Shown here: one piece after another, positions 13,106 through 26,167 of the stretch
Numbering within the stretch: the first letter of the stretch is position 1
Layout: each line of letters starts with the position of its first letter
Source: Camelus dromedarius
Taxonomy: Eukaryota
Assembly (NCBI RefSeq): GCF_036321535.1
Contig: NC_087443.1
Location: 77,934,001-77,998,000, forward strand
Reading direction: 5' to 3'
Length of the DNA stretch: 64,000 nucleotides
The notes under the pieces: model-generated
What the model saw: only the letters and a program-made list of their open reading frames with translations
The model's database searches: none
What the model was told of the DNA's origin: nothing
Made by a program: the position numbers and the translations under genes

Positions 13106-16100
13106 AGTTTATAATTTTCTTACACAGGTATGTATTTTGCATATTTTATAAGGTAATCTAGCAAATATGGGTTGAAGTAAGAACAGTGGTTCCAGGTAGC
13201 ATCTACATAGCAGAACCCATTCTTTTTCTAGCAGAGTGACAAAAACGTATAGTGTTCTGTGATGTAAATGAATCTCAGTTTATTTATTTGTTCTTCTGTG
13301 AGAAAACCAATCTCTCAGATACAGTTGATTTCTGCTTCCTTTAAAGATGTACCAAAATGAAACACAGATGTATCTAAAGACTCAACAGTTTTACTTCTAG
13401 GATTTTGTCTTGTAAAAACACTTGCACCACAATGTGAAGTTGAATGCACAAAAATTTTTATTGAAGTATCATCTGTCATAAATGATTGTACACAAAGCAG
13501 TTCGTTTTTAAAAACTGAGTTAAAGTCATACATATTAACATGCAAGAAGAGCAGCTAATAGCCTGTTAACTTACAAGGCAAACTGCAAAACAGCACCTTG
13601 AGTGTAACGCCGTCTTTGTAAAACTTTATGTGTGTTTGCTGAAGAAATCTGAATTTTCATCAGCCTGTTGCTGGTGATCATCACTGGGGAGGAGTTTAGT
13701 GAGAACTTTTGTTTCCTGTTTCAATATTTTTGTATTGCTTGATTTTTTTTTAAAATAATGAGTAGATACTGCTTTTATACCGGGATAAATACTATTGTCA
13801 CCATTTTGGAAAAAAATGTGTTTAACTGAGAGAGCTGTTTTTCCAAGTTTCTAGCATCTGAACAACTGGCTTTGTATCTTTTTTGCGACAGCACAGCATG
13901 CGCGTCAGAGCGCAGCCTCCTGGATGGTGTTTATCCCCTGTTAACTGAGGCTCTGCTTCAGTGCCTTACACGCGCTCATTTTCATTTGTAGGATCATTTT
14001 GTAATTTTGGTTTTGAAAGGGATACGCATTTACACACTATGGTAGAATAGTGTGGGTGAAAACAAAAGCTGTGGGTTAAAGATAATTTCAAATAGAAATC
14101 TCTTAGACATTTTTAGGAAACTTAAGGAAGGAGTTGAAGGGTAGGGGTGGGTATGAGAAAGGTGGGAAGAGGTTAAGGAAGAAAGTTGGAAAAGATTGAA
14201 GCGGGAAGCAGTACCTGATGGGAAGATTAAAAAGACTTGTGTTCAAGCTGAGATCAAAGTGGTACATTTGTAACTAGTGTAGCCAGGGGAAGTAAATCTA
14301 TTGTCAAACTCACATGTTGGAGGAGAGCCTTTTTGGAAGGAGAGCTGTAACATACTAGCTGCCTCTGAGTTTTGTTCTCTGAACAGGTTTAGTGACTACT
14401 TACACTGAAGGGTCTGACAATGAATCTTGGCCCTTCAGGTATGCTTAGAGGCAGGAAACAGATGAATATGAAAACAGTCCCATAGTAGAAGCAGGGGATT
14501 TCTTATTCAGGACATTATTCTGACAAATGCAAAGAACGGTGACCATTATTTATAATTAATACCCAATTTATAATCCTGGTTCTTTCTCTACTGGCTGCAA
14601 AACTACAATTTATTTTTCTGTGTATACCCTTGTAACCTATTTGGAGTGAGTGGAGAAATTTATGGTGAAAAATTTGTTTTTATATGGAAGTTGACCCAAC
14701 CCTTTTGTTTATCCTTTTTATTGTAAACCCTTGCTGTTGGAGAACCAGGGACATGGTTATAGGTCATAGAAGAACCTCATCTGGAAGCGCAGAGTATGTG
14801 GCAAATACTATGCGCTGATTTATGACAGAAAATGGCAGTGATTTCATTAATAAGTTACAACTCTTAAAGATTCCTATTTATCCGATACGTTGGTGATGAG
14901 GGCTGAATTTTTCTCCAGAGGTCTTAATATTAGCAGAACTACTCTCTTCCTTTGAAAATGATCTGATTCATTTTTAGGTCTGGATTCGCATCAGGGAAGG
15001 TTGCACTGCATGTTACTGTCAGTGTGAGTGGAACGATGCGTCTTTTTCTTGCTGTAACGTCTTCATTGGCCTTTCTGGGCTGCAGCCTTGAGGTGTGAGC
15101 TCAGATGTCTCTTGCACCTTGGTCTTTTTTCTTGAGAGCAATGACCACGATTGCGATCATTTTGGGGCGTCTCTTGTTGAATGTTTGCTTCTGCCACAAG
15201 ACCAGACTCGGTGAGACTCGGACCCGCCTGTCTTGTCCTCCTGTACTCTCAGTACTGAACAGGATGCCTGCCACACAGTAACTTTCAAAAAAAAAAAAAG
15301 ACACTGGGAACCAAAGAACAGAGAATGGCTAGAAAGAGATACCGGCAGGAGAGGGAACAGAGAAGGAAAATGGCAGTTGAGAGAAATTTAAGATGATAAC
15401 CCTGATGTAATCACCCTTTATGCTGCAAAATGTGCTTAAAAAGCTGTAGGGTTTCAGAAATTTCCATTCCATTGTATTTGTTTAAATCAGAGAGATTAAA
15501 AAAAAGAAGAAAAGAAAAGAAAAACCCCAGAGAGATTCGTAACAATATGGTTGATTTGTTACAATCTGGATTGAGTTAGTTTTTATAAAGCTGCATGGAA
15601 GGCAACTGACAAACATCTGCATCAGGAGACCAAGTGTCACACCCTATGGGATGACACAGATGGACGAGAAGATGGGCAAAGTAATGATTTGAACTCACAA
15701 AACATAAGTAGCGAGGACCTCTCTTTGCTTATTTGAGTTTCTCTCTTTCACACCTACTGGTAAATAATAAGCAGTCTAGGTATTGATAAGCATTGACCGC
15801 TGTAGAGTAAAATATGGTAAGCTATATATTGTGTGTTGAGACACTACGTCTCCTTCATGGTTAAATTATTTGCATCATATTTTAAGGAGCTATGAAACAG
15901 AATCCCTTGAATATCTAAATAATGTCAGATCAGCTTGGATGAAACATCATGTGGTGTTGGGGGTGGAAAGTGAACAGACCCTAGCTCATCTCCTCAAAGA
16001 ATTTAGTCTCTCATTGGATTGAACGTGTCATTGGAATGTAGAAAACATTAAACACACCGAGCTCCCAAAGGTTTCTGAATTTGAAAGTGAACCACCTTTA

Positions 16101-16199
16101 TATAACATTTTAAGGTAGTTTTGAAGTACAGGTTACCTGGATACCCATTTACTTGGGAGATGAGTAATATAAGGATATGAATACGTTCATGCATGCAGT

Positions 16200-17030
16200 A
16201 TCTTGTTCTGTTCTTTTATTAAATAGTTCAGGCATAAAATATATAAAATAATACACATATGCTGCCACCAGCTTAAGAAACAAAATGTTGCCTATACAGT
16301 GATTTTTCTGCCATTCCATTCCTTTCTCTCCCTCCCCCTTTTGATACAGTTTTGTTTTCTCAAGGTTTATGTAAATTGTATCATTCTGTATATGTTGTTT
16401 TACAACCTGCTTTTGTGATCCAACCCCTCCCCACCCGATTTACTGATCTAGGTATATTTAATTGTAACTTTAATCTTAACTGCCGTGTAACATTCCAATG
16501 GGTGATTATCCGTAATTCACCCAGTCGTCTCATGCTGGCCGTTTAGATGGTTTTCAATTTTTCCCAGCGGCAAAGTTGCCGTGAATGTTCCTGTGCGCCA
16601 GGGACTGCAGCTGGGCCCGGGCCCCCTGGACCATGGAGAATGTGCACTTAGGAATTTTACTTCATTCTGCCAGGTTGCTCTCCAAAGAGATTTCCCAATT
16701 TGTGCTCCCACCTGCAGTTAGGGAGTGTTCCCTCGTTTCTGCAGATTTCAGTTTTGTAAATTGGATGATTGTGCAATACTGTGCATTGTGTCCTTCTGGG
16801 CGTCTGTTGTGCGTGCTGCCGGCGTTCTGCTTCTGCTAAGTGGCTTGGGCGGACACTTAAGTGGTGCGGTTTTCTTGAGAATGTAGGTGAGCTGAGCAGA
16901 TGCGTCATGACCATTTCCCTGTTGCCACTGTTAACACATCCTGCCCTTTCTCACTATAAATAAATTTTAAACTTCAATGACATGCATTGTGTCAAGAGAC
17001 TACACATAGTGATGTGCCTTTTCGTATCTG
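16200..17030 (-). mobile_element. Old L1ME-like fragments
   Basis: degenerate L1 3'UTR/ORF2-type text. Confidence 0.5.
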
Positions 17031-17099
17031 ATTGTGAAAGACGTTGTCATTTCACGGGGACTCATTGTTCATTTTCATCGAAGAGCTCTGAGGCTCCAC

Positions 17100-17250
17100 A
17101 CGGTGCAGACTCTGGAGTGAGAAGCCTGGGCCAAAAGCCCTGCGCCACACCCGCCGGTTATGAAGATGTGAACAGGCGGCTTTACCCCTTTGAGGCTTGG
17201 TCGACTCCGCTCCCATCCTCACCGTGAGGTTCAGACGCACTGTCAAGTGT
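17100..17250 (+). mobile_element. MIR remnant
   Basis: gcagactctggagtgagaagcctggg head. Confidence 0.55.
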
Positions 17251-18749
17251 CCAGCACGGTGCCCACTCAGAGCCAGCCTGCGGGAACTCGTAGTTATTCT
17301 ATTCCGGCAAAAGAAACAGCTTCGAAAAACACTTCTTTGTCTATGACCTACTAACCACATAGAATTCCAAGCAGGGTTTCCGTGAAGCCAAGAGTATAAA
17401 ACAGGTGAACATTTTCAAAAGTGTTACCACTGCCTTACATTTTGTGAAGCTGTTATATGTTTCAAATCACTTTTCAGTATTTTAAAAATCACTTTTTTTT
17501 TTTTTTTTTTTTAGCTTTGCAGTAAATCTGAGAGGGAGGCAGGGAAGGTATCTTTAAATAGCCCCATGTTCCAGATGAGGAAAATCTGTGGCGGAGCCAG
17601 GATAAGAGGCAGCGGTTCCTGTTGCTTACGCTAGGAGGGTTTTGTCTTTTGCTTTCTGTTTGTGAGTTTAGTTTTTTGTGTGGTTTTTGATGTCCAAACA
17701 GATTTTTGCCCACGAAGAGCTTACTAGCAAAGTAGAGAGAAGCAGCTTTGAGCAGTTTGCATTTTGTATTGTTTTCTCTTAAAAGAGAAGGATGCTTTGG
17801 AATAAAAACATGGGAAAATTTTCCAAGTAAATTAAAATGTTTTCCATAAATGATGTCCTCTCTGGCCCCAGGCCCTATTAGACTGATCCCCCTGATCCTT
17901 GAAACCTCACCTTCGGGCACCTCACTTAAGTGCTTTGTGTTTGTGTGCTGGCATGCCTCTGCTTTGTATTTGGGACCAGGGTTCCCTGCTGGTCTCTTAG
18001 CGCCCTTCCCCTCCCTCCCTGTTGTGCTTGTGCCCTTGGGACGCGTAGTTGGCGTCCCACCAACGTGCTGAGTGACTAGAAGTAAACTTATCCCTTGGAA
18101 ATAAATGTGATGCAGAATATCTGCTTGACACCAAAATGGTCAATAAATTGAACCGGAGAGTAACTGAAATGTCTCATACTATGAAGCATCCACACTGACT
18201 TATTCTTGGTTTATTTTTATCACACCTGTGTCTGTTACACACATACAAGCTCAGGGAGGAAGAATCTAGACTGGTAGTTTATCTTAGCTGCATTCTTTTT
18301 TCATTAGGAATCAGTGAAATTGTGCTATTACAGTTTTTCTTATTCAACACTATCACCACATTAAAATTGACCAAAATACCAGCCACACTTCTACCACTCC
18401 AACTGCCTTTCATTTTTTAAAATTCTTTTTCAGTTCTTCTGTCCACATACATCAATGTACTTTATCGTTATAATCAGTGTCTGTGCAAATTTGTATTCCT
18501 CCCTTAGCATATCAAGCATACTTACGTTAGTACATGTTCTTTCTTGTGTGGCTTTTTAGTGGCTAAATGTTCTTGCATTTAAATGATGCACCACAGTGTA
18601 CATAATAAATTCTGTTCTCGGGCATTTACACTGTTTGCAGTTGTTGTTGCCATCAGTGATGCCAAAGCGATTCTCTTGGTTTTTATTTTATGTTACCATT
18701 TATGTGTCTATGTGTTTAAACTTCAGAGGTTGTCTGTAGTGTCTAGAGC

Positions 18750-18985
18750 ACTTAAGGGCGTGGCTCTGCAGTCATGTTGCCTGGGTTCGGATTCTTGTTC
18801 CGCTGCTTCCTGGATGCCCTCCCTGGCAAGTCACGTGACCTCCGTGGCGTCTATAGTTCATCTCTAAAATGTGGGACATTCTAGTACTTCCTAAGGTTAC
18901 TGTGAAGATTAAATGATAAAACATGAGTAAATTGCTTAAACACAGTCTGATACAAAGTGAAGGCTCATCAAAATTGAGCTATTAA
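18750..18985 (+). mobile_element. MIR remnant
   Basis: ctgggttcggattc...ctaaaatgtggg...gtgaagattaaatga core. Confidence 0.75.
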
Positions 18986-20684
18986 ATAATCCAGGTTTGG
19001 GGAGAGGGATGGAGGGAGAAGCATAGATGAAATAAGATTGGCCGTGGTCCTGCTGATGCTTGATGGAGCTGGGTGTCAGGTACAAGGGGATTCCCTGTAA
19101 TGCTCTTCTTACTTTTCTATATGTTTGAATTTTTTTTATATAAAAGTGAAAGCACATACAATAAAAACCTTTTAACTTTTAAATTTATTTTTTAGTTTGG
19201 CATTATTTTCTTTGGATATGTTTCTAGGAGTAGGGTCACCAGGTGAGGGACTTTCATAATCATTGTTTTGAATATGGCCAAATTGCTTTAGCAAAGGATT
19301 GTTTGATGTATGGTGCTAGCCACAAAGGCTAAGTAAGCCAGCTTTATCACAATCTTTAAAGCACAGGGTATTATCATTTCATGTTTTTTATACACTTCTA
19401 TCAATAAAAGGGTCCCTCATGGTTCCCTCCCCCCTTTTAAAATTAGTGGAAACTTTGAGCATTTTCTTAGTTTTGGCTACTGGTGGTTATCATTTGAAAT
19501 TTTTTAAATGATCTACTTCTGTCCTTGGTTCTTTCATCTAGGAGGATTTTATAGGATTCATTTTATTAAAGCAATATAATAGTTTGGTGGAATTAGACTC
19601 AGTTTAACTGTCATTATTTCATTTTTAAGTGAAAGGAGAAACTGTCATCACTATGTGGCTACTGTGACATTTCACTGAAAAATTCCCTCTTTAATATGTA
19701 CTCATGGCAAAAGTGTTTCTTGAAACTTAAAATGCAGGGTGTAGGAATGATTATGATCTCCATGTCTTATTGATTTGGAAAATGCTTTTGATTTATGGTT
19801 GCTGTAAATATATGGTCAAGCTGTGATGGATTGCCCCGAGGTGACAGCCACCACTGTTTTTTATGTAGTGTCCCCTCAGTGTGCTGTCATCTTCATTACA
19901 GACCATCTGCCACCAGAGGCCAGGCTGCAGATGTCTGTTGTCAATGAAATCTGACCGCAGTAAATTTGCAGGTGTCTTTGGAAGGATAGAACACTACCAT
20001 TGTGCTTTTCCGGTGTTCCGTCTTTGTAATGAACATACCTGTGTTTGCTTTCTCCCTTCACCATTTCCTGCTTTTCATGACGCTGATCACAATGCTGATC
20101 ACAACTGCTAATTCCAATACAGATCATGGTCACGAATTCTCTGTAGCTTTTAAAGTATGGTCAGCTGCCTATGGTAATAATGCTGAGTAATCTAATGTAT
20201 TCGCACACTCATCTTCTGAGTCTCCCCTAATGGGGCTGGCACATTTATGTTGCATTATATTGTTACAATCTGTGTATTTAAAATGTTAGAGGGCTAAGGC
20301 CTCATACTGTACAGTGGTTTGCTTAAACTCTATAGCATTCTGTGTTTAAACCTACAATTTGTAAATGATAGCTTTTTAAAATGGATTTCTGGTGTACTTG
20401 AGAGCCACACTTTATGCCACCTTTGTAACCCTAGGGACTGACTGGTAACTGTGAAAAGCCCTCTGTATTTCATGTTCATATTATTTATTACTTGACACAT
20501 GGCAGGAGGGGCATAATATTGTTTTATTTGTCAGATTTGCATAAGAAGTTTCTTAAGAAAAGCGTTTATAGTACGCAGCACATACATAAATTCTCATATA
20601 ATCATCCTTTTGAGATCAACCTTGTAGTTTTGTTGCTGTTTTTCTTTTTGGAAAGCTTTTTTTTTTTTTTTTGGTACGTATCTA

Positions 20685-21050
20685 TATTTATTTATTTTAT
20701 TTTATTGAGGTATAATTGACATCTAACCCTATGTTTCTGGTGTACCACATAATGATTCGACATTTGCGTACCTTGTAGAATGATCACCACAATTAGTCTA
20801 GTTAATGTCCATCAACATACATAGTTAAGTATTTTTCTACTTTCTTGTGATGAGGACTTTTAAGATCTACACTCTGAGCGACTTTCAGATATGCAATACA
20901 GTATTAACTGTAATCACCATGCAGTGCATTGTATCCCTGCAACTTCTTTATTTTATTGGAAGTTTGTACCTTTTGACCCCCTTCACCTATTTTGCGCTGC
21001 CCTCTCCCCACCACCGCCTGCTTCTGGCAACCACCAATCTATTCTCTGTC
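20685..21050 (-). mobile_element. L1MA-like 3' end
   Basis: ttttattgaggtataattgaca...ggcaaccaccaatctattctctg. Confidence 0.8.
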
Positions 21051-22409
21051 GGAAAACTTTTAAGATAAGAAAAATTTGCTACAATGGAAAGAGCCTACCA
21101 AGTGTTTAAAGGAAACATGCAAAATTGAAAGGAAGGCTCCTTTTTTTCCTTTTTGTTAATAGCTTTAGAAAAGTTAAAATAAAGTTTAAGCCTGAGCTAG
21201 TGACATAAGGTTATATGATTGGCTAAATTGGGATTCTGTTTATTAGACTTAAAGCAAATAAGCAAAAGCACCTTTTAAAAGATCTGATACTTATAATCAA
21301 GAAAAAACAGAGTTTGAAAACTTCTGTGTAAGAAATANNNNNNNNNNNNNNNNNNNNNNNNNNNNNNNNNNNNNNNNNNNNNNNNNNNNNNNNNNNNNNN
21401 NNNNNNNNNNNNNNNNNNNNNNNNNNNNNNNNNNNNNNNNNNNNNNNNNNNNNNNNNNNNNNNNNNNNNNNNNNNNNAAATAAAATGTGTCTATGAATAT
21501 GTGTTTGTGGGTGTGTTGTATATATACTTTATGAAAGTTATGAAAACAACTCCAAAATAGTGTTTCTGTTTATATAAGATAAATACAAGTGTGGACATAA
21601 ACACCCTGGCTAAACAAATAAATAACAAAAAGGTGAGCTTTTGAGTTTTCCAAAATGTTGACTTCAGTCACTTTAGGAAAGCTGTGTTATTCCTCGTCAT
21701 TCAGCTGGTAGGTGAGGCCCAGGGTAGAGGGAGTCAGGGCTGTCGTCATACGAGTAAGATACACTTACCTCCCCCTGCGGGTCTAGCTTCACCATGAAAC
21801 GTGGGGATGACGATATTTAAAAACGGAGGAACTTGTTCATGTATTGGTAGTAAACGCAAAGTAGCGTACTTTCCCGACGTGATGAACGGTCCCTGCCCTG
21901 GTACCAACAGTCTTCTCAGATTTATCTCTGCGTTATCAACCGTTGTTTGACCCACATTCAATAACCTTTCCTCCTCTACATTCCATGCGGAGCGGTAAGA
22001 GGCACCTGCCGGTCTTCCTACCCACTTGACAATGTTGAGGCGAATGTCCCCAAACCTCTCAGTCTCTTGGCCTCCTGTTGTCTTCCAAGACCATCTTCCT
22101 TTTTATGGACTGAGGTCCTGAAGATGAGCAGCCTCCCTGGCCCCAGTGCTCCCTCCTCATGCCTGTGACATCCCCACCCTTCATCATTCCAATAACTACT
22201 TGGCTTTCATTGTCTCTCTTCTTCTTGTTAAGTTCTTTGGCTCACTTAAAAATTTCCTTGGGGTTCAAGCTGGTTCACAGTTTAAACCTGATTTAAAATG
22301 AGTGGCTTGAAGAAATCTGGAGATCTAACCAATAGCTGATTTTTCACCCCACATCTACACATTCCATCTCTATTCCTACGATGTCCAAGGTTAAAGTCAG
22401 GACTCTTGT

Positions 22410-22590
22410 GCCAGATCCTTGTGTTTTGATCCTGGTCCTGCCAGTCAGTACTGTGTGACCTTAGGCATGTTACTTAACCTCTCTGTGTCTGAGATTTTTT
22501 AATAACAGAGATAATAAAAATCCTTCTACTTTGTAGAGTTACAGTGAAAATGAAATGAATAAATAAAGCATCCACGACGGCACTGGCACA
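22410..22590 (+). mobile_element. MIR remnant
   Basis: gtgtgaccttaggcatgttacttaacctctctgtg core. Confidence 0.75.
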
Positions 22591-25502
22591 AAGTTAAGCG
22601 GCTCGTAACTGGTGCTGCAGTCCTGCTGCCCTCCTCCCAGGAGCCGGACTGTGGCTTTTTATTTCTGTCCGCTCTCCTGGAGACTCAGAGCTGACCTGGT
22701 CTCTGATCCCTTGGCACAGCAGTGTTTGCTCTTTGGCTAGTGACCTGTTTGTATACATATTTTAGGATCCATCCTAATATTAACATCCTCAAATATGTGT
22801 ATTAGCAGATCATGACAAAAATACCAGAATTATTACCAAAGAGAAAACACACACTGCAGTACAGGGTACAATGTTGTAAGGATTAAAACACACATGTCAC
22901 ATGGCTGTAGGTCAGCTGAGAATCGAAACAAAACAACTTTGATCTCATCGGCTGTTTAGCGTTTGGACACCTGAAAAACCATCACTCTTACCTGCTGAGG
23001 ACATCCAATCATGGGCTGACCATCTGGGTCCTATCTGGCTCTATTAGTTTTCTGCCAAAAGCAGCTCTCGCCTCGCTGGAGATTTGCACCTTGATGAGTT
23101 GCGTTTCAAAGTAAGGAAGACGTAGAACGTCATTGCTGGTCCCTGCACTCACCTTCGGGTCCTGGGAAGTGAAGTGCGGTGCCAAGTGCTGTCGCAGTAT
23201 CAGCCAGGCTGCTGCTACCATGGCCATGCCTTCCATAAGTCTTCGTTATGAGCGCTGAACCTCAGAGAGGCTGCGGGGCGGTGAAACTTGGATCACTTAA
23301 AAAAAAAAAATAAAAGTAACAATAAATCAACTTTCCAGACACCACCCTTTTCTGGTGTACCAGATCTGGACGGGGTGATGACTAGCAGGGAGGGCTCCGA
23401 CTCCGCCCTCAGCCGGCAGGTGCAGGTGGGCACGTTGCCAGGTCTGGTGGCAGAGTGGACCCTCTGTGGCTGGCGCCAAGCTAACGGACAGAAGTCTCTC
23501 GTCACTTGCCTGCATCCATGGTGAGTAAGGAGCAGGGCATGAGAAACTCCTGCAGGACCAGGAATATTCTCTTCTTAGTCCTCATATAAATTTGTGATGA
23601 ACCTTTTCGTGTGTCCCTCGTGAGACCTGGCATTCATTTGGAATTTCATGCCTGTCTTGACTGCCAGTGGAATTCTAAGCTAGGTTTCTTTGGGAGAGAT
23701 TTTACTCGGCTTCCACTTACATTGGAGGTAATTCATCACCATCTCCCAGGCCTTGTCCTGGAGTGGTTTTAGGGGGCTCTGGAGACAGAAACGAGTTGCT
23801 TAGCAACAGTGTCATCATGTAAGGATGTGAGTCACCGTGATATTCGCCAGCCAGAGCTGCTGGGATTACATGAGGTGACACGTTGAAAAGCCGTGCCTGA
23901 CACATGGTGTGTGCTCATTAGCTCCTTTCCCCACGTGTGTGAATTAGTATTTAGAACACTGAACTAGGTTTCTCTAAGAAAGCCGACAGCTCCGTAAGAA
24001 CAATGTATAGCATTTGTTTTTACAGTTATTTCTTAAAATCGTATTTCAAACGTACTGAAATTATTGAAAATCATAATACAGCCCAATGTACCACATAGGT
24101 TTCAAAGGTTAACATTTTGCTGTACGGGTCTTAAATTCTTGAAGAAATGAAACCCTGCAAATACATCAGTGAGTCACCCTCCCCGCCCCCGCCGTATCTC
24201 CTCCCTTCCCCGACTTCTTCGGGAGAACTCTGTCCCAAGTCGGGAGAACTCTGTTCCACTGGCGGGCGCTCTTCCCGTCAGTGTTTTCAACTTTGGCTAT
24301 ATATCTAAGTGTTCACAAGTAATATGTAGCATTGTGTGTGCTAGAAATTTATGTAAGCAGTATAGTAACACAGTGCATGCTTTCAACTCACTCCTTTGGG
24401 ATTTGAGTTGCATTTAGATCTACTTCCTCTTAGCTGGTGTGTAGGAGAGCAATGGACTGTAACTTAGATACCTCGTATACCTTTTTTACTCATCACGAAG
24501 CACTGTGAGGTGAGTTTTTTCCACTCGGTTTCAGAGCATGCACTCAAACCTAGGTTTCTCCAATCCCATTAAGCCATGCTTTCAATAAATATAAGGAAAA
24601 TAAACTTGAGAAGAATGAGCTGGCAGGCTGCCTCCTAGTGTACCTCTGGGATCTGAGTGTAAAGGGAATTGGTGGCCATTCCTTCTGGCCTGTAGTAGGC
24701 AAGATGAGGGCAGCCCTGCCTTCCTGGGAGGTGGGGCGTGGTAGGGCTGCCCTGCAGGGGGCCCCGGGGTCTGCGGGAGCAGCGGGTCTGCCACCTGAGA
24801 TGTTCACTCGAGGGAAGCACAGGACCCTTTCTCACTGGATAACGAATGTGGTAAATCAGTGACATTTTTGAGGCCTGAAGAACCTCGAGGGGCAGGGAGA
24901 GGTTTAAAAGAAGCCTAAGACCTGGACCGAGCCCTCAAAGAACTTAAAGTCCTAGCAGGGGAGATGAATCTAAGATGAAACAGAACCACTGGATGCAGAC
25001 CAGCTCAGTGTATGCGGTGCAAGCCCCTGTCATCTTTCACAGCAGTGGCCTTTTTCTCTGCATCTTGGTTTTTCCCTCAACAATACCTTCCTGAGATCCT
25101 TTCAAGGCATCTAGCATAGAACTAATTCATTTTTAAAGGTTGCATAATATTCCATGATATGGACATGTTTTTTATTTGACCATTCTCTTATTAATCGGTC
25201 ATCTCCTTTTTGCTGTAAATGGCTAAGAACTGTAGCAGTCACCATCCTCACGTGTATGTCCCTGTGTGCTTAGATTCTGTGGGACAGACTGCCAAGAGTG
25301 GGATGGCTGGACAGGAGGGGTGTATGCATTTTTAATTTTAATAGATGCCGCCATACTGCTGTCTAAAAAGGCAGGAATTCGTATTTCCCCACCACCAGTG
25401 CATGCGCGTCCTCTCCCTGCATTGTTATTTTTAACAGTTATGATACCTTTTTTTAAAGTATCTGACTGGATATAAAGTTATACCCCATTGTGATCAATTT
25501 CT

Positions 25503-25561
25503 TTTTTTTTTTTTTTAACATTTTTTATTGATTTATAATCATTTTACAATGTTATGTCCAC
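25503..25561 (-). mobile_element. Ultra-truncated young L1 (poly-A + ~45 nt) with 14-bp TSD
   Basis: tgtgatcaatttct at 25489-25502 and 25562-25575; insert matches the 3' end of the L1 at ~2935-2975. Confidence 0.9.
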
Positions 25562-26167
25562 TGTGATCAATTTCTGCGGCCACTCGGGAATACGAATGTC
25601 TTTTTGGACATCACGCTGGCTGTTTGTTTTTGCTGTTTGGTGCACTCCTCACCTTCTGCCTGGTTTGTTACTATTAGCCTCTGGGTTTTTCCCTTGGTTG
25701 ATCTGTAAGAGCTGTTTACGTAGAACAGACACCAATCCTTTGTCATCTGTGTTACAAATATTTAGACAAACTCTATCATTTATTGGCTTTGTTTACCAGT
25801 CAGTTCACTGAAAAATATAGCAGAAAACTGAGTTTCATCAGCTCAGAGAATAACCTAATGAGTTTGATAAGTTAACCAGCCTTTTGGGAGGGTCCATGAG
25901 TGAAGTGTGACGTTGACAGGAAAGGTACAGTCTGCTCGTTGAAGAACGTGGCAGCTCACTGCATCAGCTGGGTTTTCCATCACTGAAGCTTTTTCAGTGT
26001 TCTTCCAGCAACAGGGAGGAATCCTTACGTGGATGCCTGATGTGGAGGAAAACACAGTTTGATCTGTGAGTAGCTGTCATGCCCTCAGCTGATCTCTTTG
26101 CCTTATGAAGATGGAACACTGAAATACTGTCTCTCTCTCTCTTTTCTTTTTTTTTTTTTTTTAATAG

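Noticed and set aside
24220-24254. 21-bp-period duplication cgggagaactctgt
   Set aside because: Only two copies inside an old L1 fragment; simple local duplication, not an array.
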